Below, piece after piece: positions 34,879 through 45,454 of a DNA stretch of 64,000 nucleotides (positions are counted from its first letter, which is position 1; each line of letters begins with the position of its first letter). The notes beneath the pieces were generated by a model that worked only from the letters and a program-made list of their open reading frames with translations, was not told where the DNA came from and ran no database searches. Origin of the DNA: Acidobacteriota bacterium (lineage in GTDB: Bacteria; Acidobacteriota; Holophagae; Acanthopleuribacterales; Acanthopleuribacteraceae); NCBI GenBank assembly GCA_002747255.1, contig PDUC01000036.1, forward strand, positions 16,732 to 80,731, given 5' to 3'. The translations under genes and the position numbers were made by a program.

Positions 34879-36277
34879 CGAATGCCTCCAGGACGATTTC
34901 CATTTTCAGGTTCGTTTTTCGCTTCTGGCCCGACCTGGCTTTACTGATAGCATTGGCCGTGTCGACATTGGTAAAGTAGGGTAATTTTTGAAGCTTGTTC
35001 CTCACCTCAAAAAAGTCATCTGTTTCAATCTGCATGGTCAACTTGTAACCATCCCGAATGGCAAAACTGGTGAGAAAAGAATGGTCAGGAAGCTCATGCG
35101 CCAAAATCCCCATTACCTTTAAAACGAGGTTATCGCCATGAATGTACTTCTTGTAAGCTTCTACTTTCTCCTTGCGTTCCTCAAATTCATTTCGTACTTG
35201 AGTCAATTCTTGAAACTGTTCTTCCAGTTTATGGTTCCTCGATTGGTACCGATCCAGTTCAGCAACCAGCGCCTGATAGTCTTTGTATTCCCTTGACATG
35301 TACCACCCAGCAACAGCCAGAAGCAGGACAATCCCGATTAAGACCGGTAATTGATGGTGTCTTTTCTGCAGTTTAACGGGAAGGATATTCAGATTACAGG
35401 GCACTTTCTCATGGATGGATGTCAAAGACAAACCAACGCCTGACAGGCTTTGCGCAGGAATGACATTGTCTTTGGTGTCTTTTAATTCCGTAAGTTCAAT
35501 CCCCAGTTTTTTCAACAGAAAAACGTGCGCATCTGTAGCGGAACCCGACAGGATAAAATCATCGACCTCATACGGATCAAGGCGAGTTTCACTGAATGCT
35601 GCCTCCAGCGTTCGTCCGAGCTTTTCTTCAGATAGTTCGCCTTCCAATTGACTGTAATAGACACCGCTAAGGTGACCTTCTTTGAGTCCGAGAACTTCGA
35701 TTTCATTCGGTGTAAAATGCAGTATGGCCAAATTCTTTTTCTTGAATTGGCTCCTGTATATTTTGGAACAGGCATTGACGAGAACCAGATGCTCCACGGT
35801 AATACCGGCTAAATGCAGACCCCACTTTCTGATGAGTCCAAACACTTTACCGATGTATGTCTTGGGAATGCAGTAAATCTGTACTTTCAGCAGGTCCTCC
35901 CTGCCGATGATCTGATGAAAGACATCGATTTCCTGAGGATCCCCGGGATAGAGCGCTTCAATCTGATATTCAATGGTATCTGAAAGTGATTCTTCGGCCT
36001 CTTTTGGGAATTCTGATACAAAGGGATGAACTTCCGATCTGGGTATGGCAAGAAAGGCATCGGCTCGTTTCACTTTTGCTCGAGACACAAACTCGTCAAT
36101 AAAATCCTGTATTTCCTGATCTTCGAGTTTCTCATAGTTTTCCAGAACGGCCGTTTCTTTATACTGGAATTGATTGAATCGATTGCCGATTGCCGTCAAC
36201 ACCAGGTTAGGCCCCGAAAAAGCCAGGCCCCAGGCCTTTGTTTTCAGGTTAAGTTCATAATTCATCATCGTTTTCAT
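34871..36277 (-). CDS. GspL-like (PilM-PilN fusion type) T2SS assembly protein
   Basis: Cytoplasmic actin-like domain, TM LPVLIGIVLLLAVAGWYM, and a periplasmic PilN-like domain. The ORF track start at 36307 is TTG. I prefer the ATG at 36277, but the start is uncertain. Confidence 0.6.
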   Translation of the reverse strand: MKTMMNYELNLKTKAWGLAFSGPNLVLTAIGNRFNQFQYKETAVLENYEKLEDQEIQDFIDEFVSRAKVKRADAFLAIPRSEVHPFVSEFPKEAEESLSDTIEYQIEALYPGDPQEIDVFHQIIGREDLLKVQIYCIPKTYIGKVFGLIRKWGLHLAGITVEHLVLVNACSKIYRSQFKKKNLAILHFTPNEIEVLGLKEGHLSGVYYSQLEGELSEEKLGRTLEAAFSETRLDPYEVDDFILSGSATDAHVFLLKKLGIELTELKDTKDNVIPAQSLSGVGLSLTSIHEKVPCNLNILPVKLQKRHHQLPVLIGIVLLLAVAGWYMSREYKDYQALVAELDRYQSRNHKLEEQFQELTQVRNEFEERKEKVEAYKKYIHGDNLVLKVMGILAHELPDHSFLTSFAIRDGYKLTMQIETDDFFEVRNKLQKLPYFTNVDTANAISKARSGQKRKTNLKMEIVLEAFDE

Positions 36278-37262
36278 TGCGGGGGTCTGCCTCGTCTGCG
36301 TGTTCAAGAGTGAAGTCCTTGTGACTGATTATGGAGTAAACCTTCTGGCCACCGATATATCGGACTTCTTCTTCAACGGTGTACCGCACAGGAGAATCAA
36401 AAATAAACCCTGTGGATTTGATTGTAAAATGATTTCCGCTTTTTATGGTAAAAAATTTGCTCAACTTATCAGTTGCTTCCAGTGAAATCAATGACCCTGC
36501 CTCCTGGACATTCTCAAAAGCCTTTTCTTCACGGGCATCTATAATTTCCTGTGCTTCTTCATCGCTAACCTCAAGAAAAGCCACCAGAATTTCCCTGGAG
36601 CAGGAGTTAATATCGAAATGGGTAATCGTGGGTGGACTCATACCCAGAATATCTTTCAAGCCAGGCCCTCTGGCACCTTCACTGAATCCGCCGTGATACA
36701 TCTCCTCCGTGATACCCTTGACCAGCATGATTTCTTCAACACTTAAAAAGGGTCCGTTTCTCGGTTCGTAGGAAGGAGTCAAGGTGGAATAGTATTCGCC
36801 TTCAGCGCCCATGGGATTGAGTTCATCGTCTTCGTCTGTCCAGTCCAGGATGGCATCGATCATGGCATCTCTTTCCATTTCATCTTCTGTAAAAAGAGAA
36901 AGTGCTTGATTCCAAAGATCGCGATTCTGAGAGTTAACCGGCATCTTGGCCGATTCTGACTCAATGTAACAGACACAATAGCCTTCATCGAACTCGTAGG
37001 CATACTTCGTTTTGGGCTTGAATTCTTCTTCGGCTCGATTCCTGGTAGCTGCAAAATCAAATTTGGTTTTTTCAATACCGGCTCTGGCCAGCCAATAGGC
37101 TTTTGTTTTCTCTTTCAAGAGCCGCGTGCGGTCGATGTCCATTCGGGAGGACTGAATTAAACCCAGGGTTATGATGACCAGGGCGACAATAATCCAGAGT
37201 ACCGTCAAGAGGATATTACCCCGTCTACTTCCCGGAATGGCGGTCCCTTTTCTATTGACCAT
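36255..37262 (-). CDS. gspK: T2SS minor pseudopilin GspK
   Basis: Start at the ATG at 37262: MVNRKGTAIPGSRRGNILLTVLWIIVALVIITLGL, the typical GspK N-terminus without Glu5. The longer ORF to 37499 overlaps gspJ. Confidence 0.7.
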   Translation of the reverse strand: MVNRKGTAIPGSRRGNILLTVLWIIVALVIITLGLIQSSRMDIDRTRLLKEKTKAYWLARAGIEKTKFDFAATRNRAEEEFKPKTKYAYEFDEGYCVCYIESESAKMPVNSQNRDLWNQALSLFTEDEMERDAMIDAILDWTDEDDELNPMGAEGEYYSTLTPSYEPRNGPFLSVEEIMLVKGITEEMYHGGFSEGARGPGLKDILGMSPPTITHFDINSCSREILVAFLEVSDEEAQEIIDAREEKAFENVQEAGSLISLEATDKLSKFFTIKSGNHFTIKSTGFIFDSPVRYTVEEEVRYIGGQKVYSIISHKDFTLEHADEADPRNENDDEL

Positions 37263-38331
37263 CAAAGAAGTCCCCTTGTTTGCTGCCTCTTCGATCCAGG
37301 TTCCCACTGCTGTAAACGGGAATGACCATTCGAACGCCGTCGAGTTCCTCTGTATCGACGTCCTCTGTGATTCCGGGCTCTTCATAGAAGAGAATGAACT
37401 CGATAGCAGACGGATACGTTCCGCTGTTGCCCCGAACATTCCAGCTTGTTTCCCAGTCTTCCTCTTCATCTTCCTCTTCTGCGTCCCGGCTCTCTGCATT
37501 TGGTTTTCGATAGCGAATGGAGAAACGTCTCAAAGGCCCCAACAGGGTCACCTGAGTCGTCGCCTCAGACTCTTCGTTAAATATTGCATCCAGAGGAACA
37601 TCGTCACTCTCGTCTTCGTCTTCCTCTTCATCTTCATCCAGCTGACCCTCTTCAAGGTCCTCAGGACGATTTTCAATATCGGCAGATGCTCCCGTTTGGT
37701 TCATGAATAAATTGGTCTCCTGAATAACGAGATAGAGATTACCTTCCAGCTCTTCGACATCCTCTGAATCTTCACCATCTTCAACGCTGTGTTCAGGAGG
37801 CGGTGGGCCCTCAGCGCCAATGGAAGGGGGCTCTCCGTCCTGTTCCGTATCACCTTCATCCTGCACAACATAGTATTTGACGGAAACTTGTCCTGGAAAG
37901 TCGGATAAAAATGAAACCGTAGAAACAAATTCAAGTAACTGGGTTTCGCCTTTAAAGTAACTGGCTCCATTGGGCAATTGAAAGGCGTCTTCTTTTTTAC
38001 TGTCCTTTTTACGGTCTCGTTTATTATTTACTTTGCCCTGTCTGTCTTTGCGTTTTTCAGCCTTTTTCGCTTGTTTCCTTTTGCTGGCCGGTTTTTGATT
38101 GTTCAAATTTTGAGCATCTTCAAGATAGAAAAGACTTGAACACTGTCGTTTGATGAGATCCAGTACCGTACGTCGGTTGTAATTGACGGCTGTTGTCTTT
38201 TCAACAGCTTCCCAGGCGTTAATGGAAGCTCTCAGGCTGCCGGCTATAATGACCACCACCATAGCACCCAGGAGTACGGCAAGCATGAGTTCAATAAGCG
38301 TAAACGCCCTTTTCACATCTCTTCTCCCCAC
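37252..38331 (-). CDS. gspJ: T2SS minor pseudopilin GspJ-like with large charged low-complexity inserts
   Basis: Prepilin N-terminus KRAFTLIELMLAVLLGAMVVVI. Inserts: KRKQAKKAEKRKDRQGKVNNKRDRKKDSKKE, EDGEDSEDVEELEG, LDEDEEEDEDESDD and AEEEDEEED. Confidence 0.65.
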   Translation of the reverse strand: MGRRDVKRAFTLIELMLAVLLGAMVVVIIAGSLRASINAWEAVEKTTAVNYNRRTVLDLIKRQCSSLFYLEDAQNLNNQKPASKRKQAKKAEKRKDRQGKVNNKRDRKKDSKKEDAFQLPNGASYFKGETQLLEFVSTVSFLSDFPGQVSVKYYVVQDEGDTEQDGEPPSIGAEGPPPPEHSVEDGEDSEDVEELEGNLYLVIQETNLFMNQTGASADIENRPEDLEEGQLDEDEEEDEDESDDVPLDAIFNEESEATTQVTLLGPLRRFSIRYRKPNAESRDAEEEDEEEDWETSWNVRGNSGTYPSAIEFILFYEEPGITEDVDTEELDGVRMVIPVYSSGNLDRRGSKQGDFFDGQ

Positions 38332-38705
38332 AAGTAATAGGTCGTCAGCTCATAGCTGGATTCACCGTAACCCTCAGGCCATCTGGTGGTTGCAACGACT
38401 TTGAGTAGCACGATATCGGTATCGACATCCAATTCGGTATCTGCAGGTTCAATGTGGACGTTCCAGATATAATCGCCATCTTCACCACTTAAATCAGCAT
38501 ACTCATTCCAGTCATCGGCTTCATTGAGGTCGATGTAGGTCCAGTGCAGTTGATTTTCGGTAATAAAAATACCCCTTTCATAGTCCTGAATGCGCTGAAC
38601 GGCATTTATCGTCCGCGTTTGCGATCCAATTAACACGACCAAAGCAATAGCTAGAATCATCACAGCAGCCATTACTTCTACCAGCGTAAACCCCCTTCTG
38701 CTCAT
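38313..38705 (-). CDS. gspI: T2SS minor pseudopilin GspI
   Basis: MSRRGFTLVEVMAAVMILAIALVVL is a prepilin methylation motif. Size and operon position fit GspI. Confidence 0.75.
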   Translation of the reverse strand: MSRRGFTLVEVMAAVMILAIALVVLIGSQTRTINAVQRIQDYERGIFITENQLHWTYIDLNEADDWNEYADLSGEDGDYIWNVHIEPADTELDVDTDIVLLKVVATTRWPEGYGESSYELTTYYLWGEEM

Positions 38706-39415
38706 TGATCCACCTCAACAGGTTCTTCCGATTCCTGAAAAAAGGCCTGAACTTCCTCGGTTTTTAATTTGAGAACTCGACCCCGTCCGGAAATCAGATT
38801 CAATTCAGAGAGAAAGGCCGTTTCAACTTCTTCCTTCTCTTCATTGTAAACAGCCAGTAACATGGACATAGTAATCAAACCCCGACCTTCTGATATATAA
38901 ACAGACTCTGTGCTTTCATCATCATAGGACGATTCGTCTTCGGCATTGGCTGTTGCCAGTCTCTCAGGTGTCAGAAGTCTTTCATTCAGCTTAATAGCCA
39001 GAACCTTTGCTGACGATTCAAGTTCTGCCGTTCGCTTTTCACTGAGCCTCGGATCTAAGTAGGAAAACGACTTTTTCTTCGTGTCAAATTCAATGACAAG
39101 GGGAACACCTGTAGCCTTGGTGTAGTCCAGCATGCTGCGCATGAAGGAAATCAGATGATTGGCATCATTGCGTACTTGAATGGATTCCCGTCCATTCATG
39201 AACACGACACTGGCACCCCCTAACAAGATGAGAATAATGGCAACCACTGCCATAAGCTCCACCAGCGTGAATGCATGCCTTGATTGACGCAAACGGGAGA
39301 CATGTCTTAAACCCACATGTACTTTAAGCAAGTCTCTTTGGCTTGTAAAGGGGCTGTGTAAACGGGTGTATCTCAAACCGCATAAGTGAGGGTGTCGGGT
39401 ATTGAAAATGGACAT
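38702..39415 (-). CDS. gspH: T2SS minor pseudopilin GspH-like (true start probably downstream of 39415)
   Basis: SRHAFTLVELMAVVAIILILLGG is a prepilin motif. The annotated start would give a 46-aa leader, so an internal GTG/TTG start is likely. Confidence 0.65.
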   Translation of the reverse strand: MSIFNTRHPHLCGLRYTRLHSPFTSQRDLLKVHVGLRHVSRLRQSRHAFTLVELMAVVAIILILLGGASVVFMNGRESIQVRNDANHLISFMRSMLDYTKATGVPLVIEFDTKKKSFSYLDPRLSEKRTAELESSAKVLAIKLNERLLTPERLATANAEDESSYDDESTESVYISEGRGLITMSMLLAVYNEEKEEVETAFLSELNLISGRGRVLKLKTEEVQAFFQESEEPVEVDQ

Positions 39416-39479
39416 ACCGTGACTCTATGCCAAGAAGACTCTTCCATTCATCGTGGAAAGAAAAGTCCGATCTTGAGGG

Positions 39480-39932
39480 TTACTCCTCATCCCCTTCTTC
39501 ACTCCAGCTCTTGATGTCCCGAGCGGCACCGTCACCGCCTTCTTTGCCATCGCTGCCAAGACAGATGATTTCATATGGACGGCCATCATTACCCGGCACC
39601 GTCAACTCGTACTTGTTCTGCCAGGGATCTTTGAGTTCTTTTTCAAGATAGGGACCGTTCCAACCGCGTACTTCATCAGGCTCTTTGACCAAATCTCGTG
39701 TTTTCTCGGGAAACTGGCCTGTTTCCATGCGGTAAAGCTGAATGGCCTGCTCCAGTTTCTTGATATCTGTTTTGGCACGTGTCACCTTGGCCTTGTCAAC
39801 CTGGGTAAAGAATTTGGGTGCAATAACGGCCGCCAAAAGGCCAATAATGACGACAACAGCCATCATTTCCACCAAGGTAAAACCACGGTTCAGCCTAACT
39901 TTTCTTCCTGTTTTGTTTTCATTTTGGTTCAT
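39480..39932 (-). CDS. gspG: T2SS major pseudopilin GspG
   Basis: NRGFTLVEMMAVVVIIGLLAA, DIKKLEQAIQLYRMETGQFP, GWNGPYLE and DPWQNKY are classic GspG signatures. Confidence 0.9.
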   Translation of the reverse strand: MNQNENKTGRKVRLNRGFTLVEMMAVVVIIGLLAAVIAPKFFTQVDKAKVTRAKTDIKKLEQAIQLYRMETGQFPEKTRDLVKEPDEVRGWNGPYLEKELKDPWQNKYELTVPGNDGRPYEIICLGSDGKEGGDGAARDIKSWSEEGDEE

Positions 39933-39953
39933 ATTTTTCGTTCTCCTAATATA

Positions 39954-41189
39954 CTAAATAGCTGCTTGGCTCAGGCTTGTGACGGCTAACAGCATGGCCG
40001 CTACAATGAACCCAACAACCACGAACATGGCGATGATCATGACAGGTTCAAACATAGCCAATAGCCTTTTGATGTTTCTCTCTATATTTTGCTGGTAGAT
40101 GCCAGCCACTTTTTGGAACATTTCACCAAGGGTTCCCGTTTCTTCTCCAACGGTAATCAGATGAACAACCATTTTGGGGAAGACTTTCGCCTGTGAAAGA
40201 GCCACACTCATGCCATCGCCTCGCTTGACAGCCTTAATGGCGGGTTCCATGGCCTTGATGAACACGGAATTATCGAACAATTCACGAACAATGGACATCG
40301 CTTCTAAAAGTGACACCGAACTGGTGAGAAGAATTCCAAGAGCATTGGAAAACTTGGTTACTTCAACCTCCGTGATAATGGTTTTCAATACCGGTGCCCT
40401 TAATTTGAAGCGGTCCCACTTGTACCTGCCTTCAGGTGTTGATTTCCATCTTGAGAACCACACCCAGATAATTAGTACCAGAGCGCTCAGCAACCATTTA
40501 TAGGTTGAGAGGAAGTTGGTTATATCAACCAGGGACCTTGTAATAAAAGGCAGTTCCTGACCCACCTGATCAAAGACTTCCTGAAACCTCGGCAACACAA
40601 AAAGAACCAGTACCAGCACCGTTCCCAAACCAACAAGCAAGAGAATGGAAGGGTAGATGAGGGCAGAAACAAGAAAGGATTTCAGGTTTTGCCTTGATTC
40701 CTGATAGTCCCGTAAACTGAAGAGAATTTTTTCAAGCACGCCTGCGGTTTCACCTGTTTTAACCATGTTGATGTAAAGCCGGCCGAAGACACGTGGATGT
40801 TTGGCTAGCGATTCGGCAAAACTCTGGCCTGCTGATACGTCTTTGAGGACCCGTTGAATGACGTCCTTCATGGGAGTGTGCTGGGTGGTGTCGATCAAGA
40901 GCCTCAATGCCTTGGCCAGCGGCAAGCCCGCTTTGAGTAAGGTCGCAAGCTTATCTGTAAAATCCAATACATGAGCACCGCTGATGCGATTGGAGGGCAA
41001 CAAGGCCTCTAAATCAAAGCCCTTCAGTGAAATTTCCTTGCGCTGTTGGTTTTTATCTGAAACAAGAATGGGAAACAATCCCATTTTCTCCAGCTTTTCA
41101 AGTGCTTTTTGTTTGCTCTCCATTTCAAGCTGCCCGGTTTCCACTTTCCCGTGGCTATTGGTTGCGCGATAGTAAAAAGTAGCCATCAA
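39954..41189 (-). CDS. gspF: T2SS inner-membrane platform protein GspF
   Basis: Duplicated GspF domain, three TMs, and motifs GLPLAKAL...SFAESL and VGEETGTLGEMF. Confidence 0.9.
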   Translation of the reverse strand: MMATFYYRATNSHGKVETGQLEMESKQKALEKLEKMGLFPILVSDKNQQRKEISLKGFDLEALLPSNRISGAHVLDFTDKLATLLKAGLPLAKALRLLIDTTQHTPMKDVIQRVLKDVSAGQSFAESLAKHPRVFGRLYINMVKTGETAGVLEKILFSLRDYQESRQNLKSFLVSALIYPSILLLVGLGTVLVLVLFVLPRFQEVFDQVGQELPFITRSLVDITNFLSTYKWLLSALVLIIWVWFSRWKSTPEGRYKWDRFKLRAPVLKTIITEVEVTKFSNALGILLTSSVSLLEAMSIVRELFDNSVFIKAMEPAIKAVKRGDGMSVALSQAKVFPKMVVHLITVGEETGTLGEMFQKVAGIYQQNIERNIKRLLAMFEPVMIIAMFVVVGFIVAAMLLAVTSLSQAAI

Positions 41190-42919
41190 TGTGCCTCGTG
41201 CGTAACCCGGAACAACTCTTCAACGGTTGTTACACCGTCAAGCACTTTCCTCCAGCCGTCTTCCCGCAGGGTCTTCATGCCCTTTTTTCTTGCCAGAGAA
41301 CGCAGCTCCGTTACATCCGGACGTTTCATGATCAGGGCACGAGTCTCATCGTCAAGACGAAAAAGCTCATAGATGCCTTTACGTCCCGAATAGCCTGTCT
41401 CACCGCAGAGTTTGCACCCCTTGCCTCTGTAAAACATGGCTTCGGTAGGGTCATCGACTAATTTGTAAATATGTCGGTGAAAGCCGTAATCCGGTTTGTA
41501 AGGTTCCTTGCAAGCCGGACAGATAACACGCACCAGGCGCTGAGCCAGAACACCCTGCAGTGTTGAAACGAGCAGGTAATCTTCAATTCCCATATCAAGC
41601 ATCCGGTTTACCGCGCCCGGTGCATCATTGGTGTGCACCGTGGAAAAGACAATGTGCCCGGTCAGGCTGGCCTGTATGGCAACTTCAGCTGTTTCAGAAT
41701 CCCTGATCTCGCCAACCATGATGATATCGGGGTCTTGACGCATAAGCGTTTTCAATCCCGATGCGAAAGTCAGTCCCACTTTGGTGTTGACATGAATCTG
41801 GTTGACACCTTCCAATTGATACTCCACCGGATTTTCAATGGTCAAGATTTTCTTTTTCTCGTCATTTAACAAGTTCAACGCGGCGTAAAGTGTGGTTGTT
41901 TTCCCGCTGCCAGTGGGACCGGAAACGAGAATAATGCCATGCGGCTGGGAAATGAGCTCGGTTAATTCGCTCTCCAGTTTGCTGTCGAGACCGAGATTGC
42001 TCATGTTGATGAGTGAAATGGACTCTTTATCCAACAGCCGCAAAACAACGGACTCACCGTAGAGGGTCGGAACTGTCGAAATCCTGAAATCAATTTCTTT
42101 TCCCAGGATTCTCATTTTAAGACGACCATCCTGGGGGACGCGTTTCTCGGCAATATCTAGTTTGGAAATAATTTTAATTCTGGAGATAACAGCCGGAGCC
42201 AAATTGACCGGTGGTGATTCCATTTCTTTCAAAACGCCGTCTACCCGATATCTTACCTTGAGAACACGTTCAAACGGCTCGATGTGAATATCACTGGCTC
42301 TCATCTCAACCGCCCGGGAAATAATGAGATTCACCAGCCTGATAACAGGCGCCTCTGAAGCCAAATCCCTCAAATGCTCTACATCATCGTAATCTTCATC
42401 CATGGAGTCCACACCGGAAACAATGTCCTCCATCTGAGTGGTCCCTGAGCCAAAATAACGCTCAATAGCATCCTGTATCGACGTGGGCGGTGAAAGCGAG
42501 AGATGAAGCTCAAAGCCCAGCTTCTCTCTCAAAATGGAGAGTGCCTCCTTGTTGGCCGGATCTTCGAGAGCAATAAAAAGGGTTCGCTTTTCTTCGTCCA
42601 GTTTGTAGGGAAGGATGTTGTTACTTTTCAAAAACTTAACAGAAATGAATTCCAGTTCAGGACCCATTTCCGGAAACTGTTCCGGATCCAGATAAGGAAC
42701 ATCCAGTTGATCACTCAAAATAACAATGGCATCTCTTTCTGTCAGAAAACCCATATCCACAAGGATTTTGCCGATTTTAGTTCCCGACTCCTTCTGCAAC
42801 AGCAGAGCTCTTTCTAGATCTTTCTGAGTGATCCTGTTCCTCTCGATCAGGTATTCTCCGAACTTTTTTCTCCCGAACTTAAATCGAGGTTTCTCTAATT
42901 CTTCCTGTAATTGCTCCAA
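41186..42919 (-). CDS. gspE: T2SS ATPase GspE with an MshEN-type N-terminal domain
   Basis: Walker A VSGPTGSGKTTTL, Asp box, Walker B IMVGEIRD, His box and the tetracysteine CPACK...CKLCGETGY. The N-terminus carries two 24-aa MshEN-like motifs separated by 5 residues. Confidence 0.92.
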   Translation of the reverse strand: MEQLQEELEKPRFKFGRKKFGEYLIERNRITQKDLERALLLQKESGTKIGKILVDMGFLTERDAIVILSDQLDVPYLDPEQFPEMGPELEFISVKFLKSNNILPYKLDEEKRTLFIALEDPANKEALSILREKLGFELHLSLSPPTSIQDAIERYFGSGTTQMEDIVSGVDSMDEDYDDVEHLRDLASEAPVIRLVNLIISRAVEMRASDIHIEPFERVLKVRYRVDGVLKEMESPPVNLAPAVISRIKIISKLDIAEKRVPQDGRLKMRILGKEIDFRISTVPTLYGESVVLRLLDKESISLINMSNLGLDSKLESELTELISQPHGIILVSGPTGSGKTTTLYAALNLLNDEKKKILTIENPVEYQLEGVNQIHVNTKVGLTFASGLKTLMRQDPDIIMVGEIRDSETAEVAIQASLTGHIVFSTVHTNDAPGAVNRMLDMGIEDYLLVSTLQGVLAQRLVRVICPACKEPYKPDYGFHRHIYKLVDDPTEAMFYRGKGCKLCGETGYSGRKGIYELFRLDDETRALIMKRPDVTELRSLARKKGMKTLREDGWRKVLDGVTTVEELFRVTHEAH

Positions 42920-43091
42920 CTTTTTACCTCAGCCAGGTTACCTATCCCTTTAAGGACGGCACCTGATTCATTGTTTTCAATCCAGATATCCACCTTGCGT
43001 TTGCCAGTGGACTCATCAACTTCACCGTTTCAATATTCCAGATAGAGAAAGGCGTCGACTTACGCTGCCAATCCAACTCCCTGGTCCTCAA

Positions 43092-43382
43092 TCATGAAAA
43101 AGCACCTGCAACAAGTGCCCTTTGACATGCTTTTAGGAAAATGATCCACTCCTGTTTTTCACTATTGGACTCTATTTTTGTGGCTTTTTCCCGAAAGCCC
43201 AACCATTGGTTGAGACGAAGTTGAACCTGGAAAAGTTCACAAAGAATATATTCTACCCGCTTTTTTAAGGGAACTCTATGAATATTCAACTTCTGCACCT
43301 GCCAGAAGCTGGAAATAATGCGTGGCGCCTCTGATCGCAATGAAAAAGACCCCGATGACATGCGTGCTGTCATCGGGGCCAA
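43092..43382 (-). CDS. hypothetical small protein downstream of fliS (weak call)
   Basis: 96-aa ORF 23 nt after fliS on the same strand. No motif was recognised and coding status is uncertain. Confidence 0.3.
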   Translation of the reverse strand: MAPMTARMSSGSFSLRSEAPRIISSFWQVQKLNIHRVPLKKRVEYILCELFQVQLRLNQWLGFREKATKIESNSEKQEWIIFLKACQRALVAGAFS

Positions 43383-43405
43383 AAAAGGAGTTAAAGACGT
43401 GTTAT

Positions 43406-43822
43406 TTATCCTGAAAGAGCCAGGTTTCCGCTGGCATTCCCCTGGGTTGCCATTTCAGAAGCAACTTTGGCCCAGGAAGCTCTTAATTCCGTAAACATAT
43501 TTTTTAATTGTTCCAATACTTCCAGGTCTTCATGTAAACTGACTTTCATGAGCTGGGAACTGAAGAAGTTATAGAGTCGATCGAGGTTTCTCGCTATTTC
43601 GCCGCCGCGTTCAAAATCCAGCGTTGCCTGTAATTCTTCAACAATCGCAAGCACTTTATTGACGTATTTCATCTTGTTTTGTAAGTCGCCTTCTTTAATG
43701 GCTGTTTCGGCAGTCGTTAAAAATCGAATCATACCGTCGTAACACATGACAACCAACTGCTCCGGTGAAGTGTTGACGCTGTTGTTTCGATATTGATTAG
43801 CCGTATAAGTGGCAGCATACAT
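43406..43822 (-). CDS. fliS: flagellin-specific export chaperone FliS family protein
   Basis: YRNNSVNTSPEQLVVMCYDGMIRFL matches the conserved FliS N-terminus (Y-x-x-N-x-V-x-T-x-x-P-x-x-L). It is a four-helix-sized protein with a GGAGG Shine-Dalgarno. Confidence 0.85.
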   Translation of the reverse strand: MYAATYTANQYRNNSVNTSPEQLVVMCYDGMIRFLTTAETAIKEGDLQNKMKYVNKVLAIVEELQATLDFERGGEIARNLDRLYNFFSSQLMKVSLHEDLEVLEQLKNMFTELRASWAKVASEMATQGNASGNLALSG

Positions 43823-44317
43823 CGTTGAACCCCTCCAGGTGACTCATTTTGATTGCAATGAATGGATCGTGTATTTCATTCATCTTATACTACCCTCATC
43901 GGTGAAAGCGATGCAAATCTTGAGATGTTTTATCAAAAAACGAAGCAGCTCAATGGTTGATTTTTTAAAAATCCATGATCTAAAAAACGCCTGCATCTAT
44001 GGCAAAAAAAACTGAAATGAACTAAAAAACTGACGGCCATGATCCCGATCTGGATCTCTCAAAGAAATTGCCGACCGAATTTGGGGAATCCAATTGGAGC
44101 CGGACTGTCTCGATGTGTCTTTCAGGGCACAAACACTTTCAGCAAGTCACCTTTTTAATCGCTTTTCTTCTTGGTTTCCGTCCTATTATATTAATGAAAG
44201 GGAACAGGACTCCCTATAAATAGACTGCTCGCAGAGCAGCTCCCCCAATTTATCTTTACGGTTTCCGGGTTGTATATGATATAGTTTCTGGCTTGTTTGT
44301 AGGAAGGAGACTGTGTA

Positions 44318-45450
<1,133 letters not shown>

Positions 45451-45454
<4 letters not shown>

